A stretch of DNA of 64,000 nt from Archangium sp. (GTDB lineage: Bacteria; Myxococcota; Myxococcia; Myxococcales; Myxococcaceae), in assembly GCA_031367385.1 (NCBI GenBank), contig JANLPS010000514.1, forward strand, positions 21,366-85,365, read 5' to 3'. The translations under genes were made by a program, and so were the position numbers. This document shows positions 28,347 to 38,906 of the stretch, in pieces (position 1 is the first letter of the stretch; each line of letters starts with the position of its first letter). Below the pieces are notes generated by a model, which saw only the letters and a list, made by a program, of their open reading frames with translations, had not been told where the DNA came from and did not search any database.

Positions 28347-30098
28347 TTAGTGAAAGTCGCTCTCGGCGGTTCTGAACACCGGGTAGAGATTGAAGGTCGC
28401 GTCGAAGCTCGGGTGTCGCGAGGTGAAAAAAGCCAAGCGCGCCTCGGAGTCTTTCGCGAAGGCCGGGTCTTTGAGCCGCAGCTCGAACTCGGTCTTGATC
28501 GTGGCGTCTGTGAGCAGCTCTCGCGCGTATTCTTCGGCGACGTAGTCTTCGAGGTATTCTTTCTGCTCGAGGTGCGCGTTGAAGAACCCCCACGAGAGCA
28601 GCGAGTCGGCCGACGCGGGCTCGAGGAGGTGCATCAGCACGGTCAGGTGCGCCTGGGCGGTGGGCACGAACAGCGAGCCCACTCCGAGGTCGCGCACATC
28701 GGCGCGCCAGGTGCCCTTGGTGGTTACCGTTTGATGGCCTTCTTGCGATTTCGGGCTCAGGGTGGCTTCGAGCCGCACGCTCTCGACCTTGGCGGCCTTT
28801 CGCGGCGTTTTCAGCGTCACGAAGCGAAAGCCATGGAGCTTGAGCTTCTGGGCAACCAGGGCCGCGTCTTCAGCCGGCACCAGGTACCCGCCCTTCGGCG
28901 ACGTCAGCTTCAAGGCTGGAGTCACCTCGTCGTAATACGGCACCTTCCACGTCTCGGGCTTCGAGTCGTCGTAGCGAACCCACGGCTTGTTGCTCACTTG
29001 CGAGTTTTCAATGGTGTAGGCGTAGCCGAGAAACTCGAGCTCCTTGGGGTGCTTGGTGGGCTCGTACGAGAGCACCACGTCGGTGCCTGCACGCTTGAGA
29101 TCGGCCGCGTCAGCCTCGTTCGCCGCCTTGAGCCACCGCGCCCCGTCTTCGCTCGCCAGCCGCAGCAACCCAGCGCAGGCATCGAAGGTCACCTTGACCC
29201 GGGTGGCGTAGTTCTTCCACGAGTGGGCCTCGACCAACACGCCGTAGCGGTTGTTCGCCGTCCAGTACGCGGTCGCGAAGCGCAGCGGAGACCAGCCGTA
29301 GGCGAAGCCTGACTTCGGGTCGTCGTCGATCAAAAACTGAGGGTAGAACTCGACCGGCAGGTGGCCCTTCTCTTTGAGCTCTGCGGTGAGCGCGACGTGC
29401 ATCGCCTTGCCGTAGCTGCGCAAGGCTTCGGGCCCGGTCTGGTACGGCTCGAAGAACACCGCGACGTCATGCTGAAACTTCGCGCCGTCGGTCACATGAA
29501 GGTCGACGTACATCACCGGGTCGTACCGGTGCAGCAGCGTGAGCATCGCCTGCATCTCGGGTGCATCGGCCTTCATGTAGTCGCGATTCAAGTTGTAGTT
29601 GTTCGCGGTCACCCGCCAGCCCTTCTCAGCCGGGCCAATCTGGTTGGGCCTGTTGTTCGGGCCGAACCGCTCGTGGCCATCGATGTTGAAGACCGGCACG
29701 AAGATCAGGGTCAGCTTGCTCAACGCGCCCGGTAACAGCGAGCCATCGAGCAGGCCTCGCAACACTTCGAAGCCCGCGTCTTTGCCGTCGATTTCACCCG
29801 CATGAATGCCGGCTTGAATCAGCACCACCGGGCGCTGCTTCTTCGCGCACTCATCAGCGCTGAAGGTGCCATCACCCGACGCCACCAGCATCAACATCGG
29901 CCTGCCTTGCGGAGTCGTGCCGAACTTTTCGCACTTCACTTTGCCCGCGAACGCCTTCGGGTACGCTGCGCACAGGGCCTCGACCTCGGCGTAGCGCCCA
30001 GTGCGGAGATACTTGGTGGTCTCGGCCGTGGTGGTCAGAGCAGGCGGTGCGACAGCGGCGAGAACGAGCAGAGAGAGGGAGAGCACGATGGGGCGCAC
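28347..30098 (-). CDS. M14 zinc carboxypeptidase, secreted
   Basis: Signal peptide; AGIHAGEIDG, NIDG, NLNRD, DLH. Confidence 0.92.
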   Translation of the reverse strand: MRPIVLSLSLLVLAAVAPPALTTTAETTKYLRTGRYAEVEALCAAYPKAFAGKVKCEKFGTTPQGRPMLMLVASGDGTFSADECAKKQRPVVLIQAGIHAGEIDGKDAGFEVLRGLLDGSLLPGALSKLTLIFVPVFNIDGHERFGPNNRPNQIGPAEKGWRVTANNYNLNRDYMKADAPEMQAMLTLLHRYDPVMYVDLHVTDGAKFQHDVAVFFEPYQTGPEALRSYGKAMHVALTAELKEKGHLPVEFYPQFLIDDDPKSGFAYGWSPLRFATAYWTANNRYGVLVEAHSWKNYATRVKVTFDACAGLLRLASEDGARWLKAANEADAADLKRAGTDVVLSYEPTKHPKELEFLGYAYTIENSQVSNKPWVRYDDSKPETWKVPYYDEVTPALKLTSPKGGYLVPAEDAALVAQKLKLHGFRFVTLKTPRKAAKVESVRLEATLSPKSQEGHQTVTTKGTWRADVRDLGVGSLFVPTAQAHLTVLMHLLEPASADSLLSWGFFNAHLEQKEYLEDYVAEEYARELLTDATIKTEFELRLKDPAFAKDSEARLAFFTSRHPSFDATFNLYPVFRTAESDFH

Positions 30099-30124
30099 CC
30101 TACTCTTCGGCCATTGCCCGGCAA

Positions 30125-33100
30125 TCAGCGATTGATCACGAAGGCGCAGGCCGAATCGAGCGTCACCGTGGTGCCCGCCAGCGCTTTGAGCAGATGATCG
30201 CAGTCGTTGAGCTCGGTCACCAGGGCGAGCTCGACCTTCGCTTCAGGCAGACCCTGGTGCTCGAGCGCCAGCCGAATGCGAACCATCGCCAGATCTCGCT
30301 CGTCTTCGATGGCCTCTTTCGCCGACGCGAGCAGCTTGGTCAGCTTGGCCACCGCGGCCTTGCCCGCCACCTGCACCGCCTCGTCGAGAAACGTCGGCAG
30401 CTCGGGAAAAGCGGCTGGCAATTCACTCGCCTTGATTGATCTGCCGTCGGTGTCTTTGAGCGTCGAGAGCAGCTGGGTGTCGACCTTCGGCTTGCCGTCG
30501 GGGCCTCGAATCACTGCGACGTGCACCAACATCGAGTCGAGAAATCGTGAGAGTTGGCGTGAAGGCACGCGAGCCCCTGGCGTCGTGTCGGCGGGCTCAG
30601 GTGGCGTGACGTGAAACATGAACTCGACCCCGCGCGCTCGAATCGGAGCCCGCACGTCGAGAAACCGCGCCCCATTTCGGCCGTACGGGCCATCGCGCAA
30701 GAAGCCGAACAACGCTTCGATGAACGGGTGGCCGGTGGCGAAGTATTCGATCTCTTCTTGCTCGACGGCGGTGTCGCGCCAGAAGGTGCCCAGCACCGTG
30801 CGCTCTTCGGTGATGTCGAAGCCGGGCAACGCCTCGACGTTGAGCGCGTGGCCCAGGTGAAAGGCGGCCTGAAAGGCGTCGACCTCTTGATCGGTGTCGA
30901 CTCGAATGCCGATGCGGTCGGCCAGCTCGGTGATGCACTCTTCGAGTCGCTCATCGAGATCGCGCGCCACGCCCCAGAGCCGGTCTTCGATGGCGTCGGC
31001 ATCGTCAGAGTCGACGGCGGCCCGTGCCTCGGCGCGACCCACCAAATCGCTGACCGCTGCCTTGTCGAAGCTGCGCAGGTCGAGCAGCGGGTCGTAGGCC
31101 TTCTTCACCTGCTCGCGGGCCTTCGAGACCTTGGTTTTGAGCTCGGCCACGTAGGCCGCACGCGCCTTGGGCTCTGCCAGCGCGAGCTCGGTCAGCCTGG
31201 GTTCGACGTCTTCGAGCACCGCGTCGAGGCCACCGACGGTTTCACCGAAGACGCCAACTGCGTCGCGCAAGACCGCCAGCACGTCGGCGCTGAAGGTGCC
31301 GAGCGCTTCGAAGACGTGAATGTCGACCGGCTTCGATTGACCGATGCGATCGAGACGGCCGATGCGTTGCTCGACGGTCGAGGGGCTCCATGGCAGGTCG
31401 TAGTGCACCAGGTGATGGGCGAACTGAAAGTTGCGGCCCTCGCCACCGACCTCGGTGCAGAGCAAGATCTTCGGGCCCTCGGGGTCGCGAAAGCGCGCGA
31501 CCTGTCGGTCTCGTTCGACCAGCGGTAAATCGCCGTGGTACGCGAGCGCCTCGACATGATCATTTCGCAGCTTCTGCTGCAGGCTCTCGAGCGTGTCGCG
31601 GGCTTCGGTGAAGACCAAAACCTTCGCGTTCTTCTCTTTGGCCCAGATGTCTTTGAGCACCTTCGAGAACGCCACGAACTTCGCGTCGCGGTCGGGCAGC
31701 ACCGTGCGCATGCCGGTCAACGCCTTGTTGCCGCGCACCGCCGCCATGAAAGCCGCGGGTGACGACTCGAGCCGGCGAATCAGGTTCGAGAGCGCCGCCC
31801 CGCGCAGGGTGCCGTCGCTCGCCAATTGAGCCAGCGCAGCTTCGCGCGCCGCCAGCTCGTCACTGCCCAGCTCGACGTTGTGCACGTGGAGCTTGCGCTC
31901 CGAGAACCCGCCCACCACCGCGCGGCGATTTCGAATCAAGCGATCTGAGAGCGAGTAGGTCTCGGCCAGGTGCGAGAGCATCTGATCGGGGTCGTCGATT
32001 TCTTGCAGCGACTCGTCATGGGGGAACTTGGCCGCGAGCTCCTTGACCGCCGTTGCCGTTTTCTTGCCCGAGAGCAACGCGCGAATCGCCTTGGAGAGCT
32101 CTTCTTGCCGGGCCAGCCGGGCTTCGAAGTCTTTCGCCGACGGTGCCGTGACTGGGTCGATCAACGAGAGCAGCGCCTGATACTCGGCCGGGTCGAGCTG
32201 CATCGGAGTCGCCGTCAGCAGCAGCAAACCCCAGCTGTTCTTCGCGAGCGCCTTCGCCGCTTCGTACGCCTTGTCGCCTTTGAGGTGATGCGCTTCGTCG
32301 ATGATCACCAGATCCCAACCGGCTTTCGGGTCTCCGGTCTCTTTGCGGTGCTGTTCCGAGCGCTGCAGCAGCTCGAGGCTGGTGACGACGAGCTCGAAGC
32401 GGGCCCAGGGCGAGACCGTCGGCTGCTCGTCGATCGACTGCTCGTAGCGCTCCGTGTCCATCAAGGTGAAGAGCTGGTTGAACTTATGAAAGAGCTCGAC
32501 CAGCCACTGCACCGTGAGGTGGCTCGGAGCGACCACCAGCACTCGCCGGGCGAGCCCCGCCAGCCGCAACGCTGAGAAAATCATGCCCGCTTCGATGGTC
32601 TTGCCCAAGCCGACTTCATCGGCCAACACGAACCGGGGCCGGCGCGCGGAGAGCACCCGCTGCACCACGCCCACCTGGTGCGGCTTGACCATCACCCGCG
32701 AGGCGAGCAGCGCTCCGAGCGCATCGTTGCGGCGCTCGTCGTCGAGCTGGAGCGCGGCCCGGCGCAGCACGAAGTTCTTCGCGTCACCCACCCGCCCTTC
32801 TTTGAGCATCGCAATCAGATCAGGCTTGGGCGGCTGGGCCCGAACGTCGAGCTCGATCATCTCGGTCTCGGTGCCGTCTTCGAGCTTGAGCGAGTAGAAA
32901 TACAGGCCGCGGGCCACCGGCTCGCTCGCGGTGACCACTGCGTTGAGCCCCGACTTGGTTCGCACCGCATCGCCCTGCCTGAGCACCGCGTGCACCAACG
33001 TGCCGCCGCGGGTGGTGACCAGAATCGGAGCCCCCGCATCGCGCGCCGGAAAGCTGACCTGCGCCTTGGTGTTGTTGTCTTCGAGTGAAAGCAAATGGCC

Positions 33101-33160
33101 GACACCCCACTCGGGCTGTGGCAAGTACTTCACTTTCATTCCGATGCTGAGCTGGCTCAT
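30125..33160 (-). CDS. rapA: RNA polymerase-associated SNF2 ATPase RapA/HepA
   Basis: N-terminal PEWGVG, LADEVGLGKT, DEAHH, LLTATP, GGEGRNFQFA, QRIGRLDRIGQ. Start moved to ATG 33160. Confidence 0.85.
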   Translation of the reverse strand: MSQLSIGMKVKYLPQPEWGVGHLLSLEDNNTKAQVSFPARDAGAPILVTTRGGTLVHAVLRQGDAVRTKSGLNAVVTASEPVARGLYFYSLKLEDGTETEMIELDVRAQPPKPDLIAMLKEGRVGDAKNFVLRRAALQLDDERRNDALGALLASRVMVKPHQVGVVQRVLSARRPRFVLADEVGLGKTIEAGMIFSALRLAGLARRVLVVAPSHLTVQWLVELFHKFNQLFTLMDTERYEQSIDEQPTVSPWARFELVVTSLELLQRSEQHRKETGDPKAGWDLVIIDEAHHLKGDKAYEAAKALAKNSWGLLLLTATPMQLDPAEYQALLSLIDPVTAPSAKDFEARLARQEELSKAIRALLSGKKTATAVKELAAKFPHDESLQEIDDPDQMLSHLAETYSLSDRLIRNRRAVVGGFSERKLHVHNVELGSDELAAREAALAQLASDGTLRGAALSNLIRRLESSPAAFMAAVRGNKALTGMRTVLPDRDAKFVAFSKVLKDIWAKEKNAKVLVFTEARDTLESLQQKLRNDHVEALAYHGDLPLVERDRQVARFRDPEGPKILLCTEVGGEGRNFQFAHHLVHYDLPWSPSTVEQRIGRLDRIGQSKPVDIHVFEALGTFSADVLAVLRDAVGVFGETVGGLDAVLEDVEPRLTELALAEPKARAAYVAELKTKVSKAREQVKKAYDPLLDLRSFDKAAVSDLVGRAEARAAVDSDDADAIEDRLWGVARDLDERLEECITELADRIGIRVDTDQEVDAFQAAFHLGHALNVEALPGFDITEERTVLGTFWRDTAVEQEEIEYFATGHPFIEALFGFLRDGPYGRNGARFLDVRAPIRARGVEFMFHVTPPEPADTTPGARVPSRQLSRFLDSMLVHVAVIRGPDGKPKVDTQLLSTLKDTDGRSIKASELPAAFPELPTFLDEAVQVAGKAAVAKLTKLLASAKEAIEDERDLAMVRIRLALEHQGLPEAKVELALVTELNDCDHLLKALAGTTVTLDSACAFVINR

Positions 33161-33200
33161 TTGCTGGCGGGGGACATAGCGGCTCGAGGGGCCAATCGCA

Positions 33201-34442
33201 CTAGTCTCGAACGCTGGCCGCATACCTGGCGCGGGGTCGAATCGTCGTGCCGCTCAGCCGTTGCTCGAGCACGTGGGCGACCCAACCCGCCATTCGGCCT
33301 ACGGCAAACATCGCGCCAGCCGACCCTGGGCCAAACCCGAGGGCACGAGCGACCGCGACCAGCCCGAAGTCAATCGAAGGCGACTCGCTGGTGTGCTTGG
33401 CCGCGGCGTTCACGGTGGCCTCGATCACCGCCATTCGGCTGCGCTGGCGCGAGACTCGCAGCGCCGCCGCAACGAGTGGAGGCCCCCGGGGGTCGCCCGC
33501 GGGGTAGGCCATCGGCTCGAACCCTGGCACGGGTTCTCCGCGAGATTGGCGGGCTCGAAGCTGCGCCGCGGCCCGCTCGGGTGTCTCGATGTCAGACAGC
33601 ATGGCCTCGACCCGGTCACAGGCGCCGCCATGACGAGGGCCTGAGAGCGTCGCCAACGCCGCGCACACACACGCGTAGAGGTCACACCCGGCGGAGGCCG
33701 CGATTCGAGCAGCGAAGGTAGAGGCGTTCAATTCGTGATCGGCGCTGAGCACCAAGGCCATGTTCACCGCGGCCTCTTCTTCGGTTGAGAGCGGCGAGCC
33801 ACGCAGTGACAAACCCAACGTCGAGGCAATCGACGCGTACTGTTTGTGCGCACGGTCGGCGAAGGGCCCCGAGCGCTCGGCGAGCAGGCGAATCAGGGCC
33901 CGCGCCCGCTCGAGCTCAGCGTCGGGCGTGGCTCCGAAGCGGAGCTCGTCAGTCTGCGCCACGGTCGCGACCAGCGTGAGCAGGCGGCTCAAAGTCGCTC
34001 CGGGGCCTGGGGGAGGCATTCGCAGCCAGCCGGGCGCCTTGGAGGCGAGCGGCCAGGGCGAGAAATTGTTCGACGCCCACAACCATTCGGCGCAGGCCTC
34101 GAAGGTGGTGCCCTTGCCCGCCAGCTCGACCGCATTCGACCCGCGATATTCGGGCCCAGCCTCGGTGATCGCGCTGACCGCGGTATCGAGCACTGGCTCA
34201 CCCCAGCGCAATGCACCCGCCGCGACGGCGGTGTGCCCCGACCGCGCCCGGGCTCGGAGCTTGAGCCGCTCGACCGCCGAGCGCGGGTACAGGGCTCGCG
34301 CGCCGGGCCCCTTGGTGGCGCGACCGAGCCAGCCACGGCTCGCATACGCGTACACGGTGGCGCGCTTGACCCCGAGTAGCTTCGCGGCCTCCGCGGCGGT
34401 GAGAAAGGGCGAAGGTTGATTGTCGAATCCACGTTGATTCAT
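33201..34442 (-). CDS. HTH-citrate synthase fusion (probable regulator)
   Basis: N-terminal LTAAEAAKLLGVKRATVYAYASRG HTH; ADHELNASTFAAR and GPRHGGA; catalytic GFGH replaced by GFEP. Confidence 0.85.
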   Translation of the reverse strand: MNQRGFDNQPSPFLTAAEAAKLLGVKRATVYAYASRGWLGRATKGPGARALYPRSAVERLKLRARARSGHTAVAAGALRWGEPVLDTAVSAITEAGPEYRGSNAVELAGKGTTFEACAEWLWASNNFSPWPLASKAPGWLRMPPPGPGATLSRLLTLVATVAQTDELRFGATPDAELERARALIRLLAERSGPFADRAHKQYASIASTLGLSLRGSPLSTEEEAAVNMALVLSADHELNASTFAARIAASAGCDLYACVCAALATLSGPRHGGACDRVEAMLSDIETPERAAAQLRARQSRGEPVPGFEPMAYPAGDPRGPPLVAAALRVSRQRSRMAVIEATVNAAAKHTSESPSIDFGLVAVARALGFGPGSAGAMFAVGRMAGWVAHVLEQRLSGTTIRPRARYAASVRD

Positions 34443-34488
34443 ATCGTGGCGAGCGTACTCATGAGTCACCCATTTTGGAGGCAGAACC

Positions 34489-35529
34489 ATGAGCAACACC
34501 GCGAACCCCGGGCTCGAAGGCGTCGTCGCTGCCGAGACCCGCTTGAGCCACGTCGATGGAGAAGCCGGCGAGCTGGTCATCAACGGCGAGCACGTCGAGG
34601 CCTTGTCTGGCCGCCGCAGCTTCGAGGCCGTCGCCGCCGGGCTGTGGCAGCGACCCGAGGTCTCGCTGGGAGCGGCCAGAGTGAAGGCCTTTGACCTCAT
34701 CGCCCCCTTCGACCTCGCCGACGGGATGGATTCGCTTCGAGCGGCGATGGCTCAATTGCCCGAAACGAGCGACGCCACGCTGGTCACCGCCGCGGTCGGC
34801 GTTGCCGCGGTTGGCTGGGCTCGCCGCCGCGCTGGGTTGCCGGTGCTCAGGCCCGACCCGCAGCTGAGCCACGCCCGAGACTTGGTGCGCATGGTGCGCG
34901 GAGAAGATCTGCCGATTCTGGCCGAGGCCCTCGACGCCTACCTGGTCGCGGTCATTGACCACGGCATGAACGCCTCCACCTTCACCGCGCGGGTCATCGC
35001 CTCAACGGGCTCCGATGTGGTGTCGGCGGTCGTCGGGGCCATCGGGGCGCTCAAGGGGCCGCTGCACGGAGGCGCTCCTGGGCCCGTGCTCGACATGCTC
35101 GATGCGGTGGGCACGGCCGAGAACGCCGAGGCCTGGCTCGAGGGCGAAGTGACGGCGGGCCGGCGCATCATGGGCATGGGGCACCGCATTTACCGGGTTC
35201 GAGACCCGAGGGCGGCCGTGTTAGAGCGGGCCCTCGAGCGACTCGAGTCGAAGGGCGTGGCCCCCGGCCGCGTGACGCTCGCCCGCGCCATCGAGCGCAG
35301 CGCGACGCAGGTGTTGGCTCGCAAGTACCCCAATCGATCATTGCAGGCGAACGTCGAGTTCTACACCGCGGTGCTGCTCGACACCCTAGGCATGCCGCGA
35401 GCGCTGTTCACGCCGCTCTTCGCCGCGGGTCGGGTCGCCGGGTGGTGCGCGCACTTCGACGAGCAACAGCGCACCGGCAAGCTGATTCGGCCCGCCTCGA
35501 CCTATGTCGGCCCGATGCCGACAAGCTGA
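34489..35529 (+). CDS. Citrate/2-methylcitrate synthase (short, CitA-like)
   Basis: PGLEGVV, DHGMNASTF, GPLHGGA, MGMGHRIY, DPRA, NVEFY. Confidence 0.9.
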   Translation: MSNTANPGLEGVVAAETRLSHVDGEAGELVINGEHVEALSGRRSFEAVAAGLWQRPEVSLGAARVKAFDLIAPFDLADGMDSLRAAMAQLPETSDATLVTAAVGVAAVGWARRRAGLPVLRPDPQLSHARDLVRMVRGEDLPILAEALDAYLVAVIDHGMNASTFTARVIASTGSDVVSAVVGAIGALKGPLHGGAPGPVLDMLDAVGTAENAEAWLEGEVTAGRRIMGMGHRIYRVRDPRAAVLERALERLESKGVAPGRVTLARAIERSATQVLARKYPNRSLQANVEFYTAVLLDTLGMPRALFTPLFAAGRVAGWCAHFDEQQRTGKLIRPASTYVGPMPTS

Positions 35530-36773
35530 TGCGTTACGGCGGCAGCCCGAGTACACCTCTCACGATGCTGGTCGAAGTCGTCGCCGTGCCCCTCAGTGCC
35601 ACGCCGATTCGACTCGGCGCGAGATTCACCGTCAAAGAGGGAGTACCGCTGATCATCGGCCCCTCACCCCAGGCCCGCATTCGGCTGAGCTCGGCGCCGA
35701 CCGACAAAGACCTCGTCGTTGATCAACGTGTACCCGAGTGCGTGGTGCGCACCGACGGGGTGCCGGTGGCATCGGCGGTCAACGGGGTTGCGGTCGAAAA
35801 GGGCGCCCAGCGCAAGGTCGAAGCCGGAGACCACCTCTTCATCACTGGCGGCCTGGTGATTCGCTTCGGGGAGCGGCCCCTCGACCCACGTGACGCAGGC
35901 CTCGAACGCACCGTCGCCGACGCCCTCGACCGCGATGCGAATTGGCGGGTGTACGACGATTTTCTGCTCGAGCGGGGCGCGCCCCCGAGGCCCGTGGCGG
36001 GCTCGATTCGCGAGCTGGGCCCGTTGGCGTTCGCCCAGGTCTCTGGAGCGATGACCTTCGAGTGGGGCCCACACGGCTTTCTTCGTCGAGCTCAGCTGCT
36101 GCGCAACGCAGTCGTCGGCACGCCCGGGCTGTTCTGGCACCTCGAGCAACTCGCGCACCTCCGCGCGGCGCGGTTCTTGACCCAGCTCGACATCGACTAC
36201 TTCGTCGGCACGGCCCCTGCGCACGTCGACCGGGCCTTCGAGAGCAGCGACGCCACGCTGTCGGCGGCCCTCAAAGTGCTCGGCAACTCAGACTTCGCCG
36301 CGAGCCTGCGAGTGCTGACGCTGGGGCATGTGGCAGTGCCGCAGCCGATGGGTCAGGCGAGCGCCACCTTCGAGCACCTGCGGCAGCGCTGGCCGCACCT
36401 CGAGGGAGGCTTCACCTCGCTCGTGCACGATGGCGCCCGCGCTCGGCTCGAGGTGATTGAGGTGCCCAGCGACGTCGCGGTGGTCGGGTTGTCGGTTGGC
36501 GAGAGCTGGCAGCTGCCTCCGCACGCCAGCATTGGCAGCGCCGCCGACGCCCGGTTGCGCTTGTTGGGCGCGAACATTCCTCCGCAGCTGGCGGGCATTC
36601 ACCGCTCGCGCGAGGGAGCGTGGAGCATCGCGGCCGAGGGCGTTGATGGCATGTCGAGCGGAGTCTCATCGTCGCTCAAGCTCAACGGCCAGACCGTCGC
36701 CTTGGCCGCGCTTCACGGCGGTGACGTCATCGAGCTGCTGCCAGGCCTGAAGCTGCGATTTCGCCCGGAGTGA
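35529..36773 (+). CDS. Protein with FHA-like domains flanking a TIGR02996-like segment
   Basis: VNG...GD.L and LNG...LHGGDVIEL FHA-like ends; central WRVYDDFLLERG. Start uncertain (35529 or 35565). Confidence 0.6.
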   Translation: MRYGGSPSTPLTMLVEVVAVPLSATPIRLGARFTVKEGVPLIIGPSPQARIRLSSAPTDKDLVVDQRVPECVVRTDGVPVASAVNGVAVEKGAQRKVEAGDHLFITGGLVIRFGERPLDPRDAGLERTVADALDRDANWRVYDDFLLERGAPPRPVAGSIRELGPLAFAQVSGAMTFEWGPHGFLRRAQLLRNAVVGTPGLFWHLEQLAHLRAARFLTQLDIDYFVGTAPAHVDRAFESSDATLSAALKVLGNSDFAASLRVLTLGHVAVPQPMGQASATFEHLRQRWPHLEGGFTSLVHDGARARLEVIEVPSDVAVVGLSVGESWQLPPHASIGSAADARLRLLGANIPPQLAGIHRSREGAWSIAAEGVDGMSSGVSSSLKLNGQTVALAALHGGDVIELLPGLKLRFRPE

Positions 36774-36794
36774 CGGCTGTCGCAGCCCGCTTGA

Positions 36795-37478
36795 TTACCG
36801 CGCCCGAAGGTCTTCGAGAACCGTGCCGAACTTCGACAGATCAGCCTCGTGACCGGCATCGCGAAATGTCTCGGCGAGCGCCTCGGCGTACCACTGCTTC
36901 ATCGGGGGCAGCTCGAGCAACGCGGCCGCCACCTTGGCCGCGGGGGCGCTGAGCTCGAGCGCGTAGCTCTGTACCCGAAACGCCACCGGGCAGAAGAAGG
37001 CATCGACCGCGGTGAACTCCGGCCCCGCCAAGAATGGGCCTCCGAACCGCGTCACCCCTTCGGTCCACAGCTCGTTGATGCGGGCGAGGTCTCGTTCGAA
37101 CGCCGCGCTGCGCTGGGTGAGCTTGATTTTCACCCCACAGCACATCGACGCCGTCTCACGAAGCGCCGCGAACCCGGAGTGCATCTCAGCCGCCGCACAT
37201 CGCGCCCAGGCTCGAGCCTTCGCATCATTGGGCCACACCCAATTGTGGCGCTCGGCGAGGTACTCAGCGATGGCCAGCGAGTCCCACACGGTGTCGCCTG
37301 CGTTCACCAGACAGGGCACCCGCCCCGAGGGAGAGAATATGCGAAACGCGTCGTAGTTGCTCGACCCGCCAAACTGCACCAGGTGCTCGGTGAACTCGAT
37401 GTTTCGGGCTTTCATCAACACCCAGGGTCGCAGCGACCACGACGAATACGCCTTGTTGCCGATGTAGAGCTCGTACAT
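36795..37478 (-). CDS. Glutathione S-transferase family protein
   Basis: IGNKAYSSWSLRPW, SPSGRVP, WDSLAIAEYLAE, AEMHSGF. Confidence 0.93.
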   Translation of the reverse strand: MYELYIGNKAYSSWSLRPWVLMKARNIEFTEHLVQFGGSSNYDAFRIFSPSGRVPCLVNAGDTVWDSLAIAEYLAERHNWVWPNDAKARAWARCAAAEMHSGFAALRETASMCCGVKIKLTQRSAAFERDLARINELWTEGVTRFGGPFLAGPEFTAVDAFFCPVAFRVQSYALELSAPAAKVAAALLELPPMKQWYAEALAETFRDAGHEADLSKFGTVLEDLRAR

Positions 37479-37485
37479 CTGGTCG

Positions 37486-38268
37486 TTATCGCGAAGTCAC
37501 CGCGTACTTCCAAGCGCCAAGCACGTGCGCAACGATTTCGTCGACCGCCAGGTTCTTCACCACCTGCGAGAACACCACCGGCCCGTCACCTCGCATGCGT
37601 TTCGCGTCTCTGGCCATCACCTCGAGGCTCGCTCCAACCATCGGGGCCAGGTCGGTCTTGTTGATCACCAGCAGATCAGACTGGGTGATGCCGGGGCCGC
37701 CTTTGCGCGGCACCTTGTCGCCACCCGCCACGTCGATGACGTAAATCGTGTAGTCGACCAGCTCGCGGCTGTACTGGGCAGCGAGGTTGTCGCCTCCGCT
37801 CTCGAGCAGCAGCAGCTCGGGCTTCACCGTTCGCATCAGGTCTTCGAGCGCGAGCAAATTCGGCGTGATGTCCTCCCGAATGGCCGCGTGGGGGCAGCCG
37901 CCAGTCTCGACCGCACGAATTCGGGCCATCGGCAGCGCGTCGTTGCGCATCAAGAACTCGGCGTCTTCTTTGGTGAAGATGTCGTTGGTCACCACACCCA
38001 GCGAATAGTGGGAACGAAGCGCGCGGCACAGCGCCAGCAACAGCGCCGTCTTGCCCGACCCCACCGGGCCGCCGATGCCCACCGTGAACGACCGCTCGGC
38101 ATAGTTTCGGTTCAGCGGCTTGTCTCGCTCGTGAAAGAAGCCCGCGTGCACCCACTGCTCATGGGTATGGCCATGTTCAGCATGCATATGATGTGCATGA
38201 TTATCATCGCCATGGTGATGATATGTGCCCAGCCCGCCGTATGCATCTGCCATCGGGTGCTCCTTCAT
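37486..38268 (-). CDS. ureG: Urease accessory GTPase with His-rich N-terminal extension
   Basis: [28 protein letters not shown]-terminal [21 protein letters not shown]. Confidence 0.97.
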   Translation of the reverse strand: MKEHPMADAYGGLGTYHHHGDDNHAHHMHAEHGHTHEQWVHAGFFHERDKPLNRNYAERSFTVGIGGPVGSGKTALLLALCRALRSHYSLGVVTNDIFTKEDAEFLMRNDALPMARIRAVETGGCPHAAIREDITPNLLALEDLMRTVKPELLLLESGGDNLAAQYSRELVDYTIYVIDVAGGDKVPRKGGPGITQSDLLVINKTDLAPMVGASLEVMARDAKRMRGDGPVVFSQVVKNLAVDEIVAHVLGAWKYAVTSR

Positions 38269-38906
38269 GATTGAAACAGCCTCGAATACAGCCGGTCGTG
38301 CCCCATCTGCGCGGTCTCGAGCCAGACTGACGTGCCCGTCGCGTCATCGGCGCGCAGCTCGGCGGTGCTCGCCACCACCTGGGCCACCAGCGCATGCAGC
38401 GACCACATCACGGCCTGCGCGCGCAGCGGCCCTACGACGCTCAGCCGTACCGCCGCTGACATCGCGCTGCGGAGGGCACCGAAGACGAAGAGCTGACGCG
38501 CCTCGGCGAGCGAAAGCCCCACCTCGCGAAACACCGCCCCGAAGGCTACCGGCAAGTGCGTATTCGGCAGTGAGCTGCGCAACCCCTTCACCGAATCGCG
38601 CTCGAAGGTCGCCTGCGCCGCGAGCAAGAACGCGCCACCCTGAGCCCGGCTGGCCCGGCGTGCCACGTGGTTGACCAAGAACAGCTCGGCCTTCTGGTCG
38701 GCGGTGACCGCGTCGTGCAAGTACGCCTCGTTCAAGAACGGCAGCACGGAGTACCCGGTGTGCCAGAGCAGCTCCCGCAGCCGCACCGTCAACGAGGCCT
38801 CTCCACTGAGCGCACCGAACTGCACCAACGCCTCGAGCCCGGTCGAATGCGCGAACCCGCCCGAGGGGTACGCCGAGTCAGCCAACTGAAGCAGCTGGGT
38901 CTGCAT
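38265..38906 (-). CDS. ureF: Urease accessory protein F
   Basis: [20 protein letters not shown] and C-terminal [11 protein letters not shown]. Confidence 0.93.
   Translation of the reverse strand: MQTQLLQLADSAYPSGGFAHSTGLEALVQFGALSGEASLTVRLRELLWHTGYSVLPFLNEAYLHDAVTADQKAELFLVNHVARRASRAQGGAFLLAAQATFERDSVKGLRSSLPNTHLPVAFGAVFREVGLSLAEARQLFVFGALRSAMSAAVRLSVVGPLRAQAVMWSLHALVAQVVASTAELRADDATGTSVWLETAQMGHDRLYSRLFQS

Noticed and set aside
30125..33160. SNF2 helicase as part of an anti-phage system (DISARM/Zorya-like)
   Set aside because: RapA-type motifs and housekeeping neighbours; no methylase, nuclease or other defence partners adjacent.
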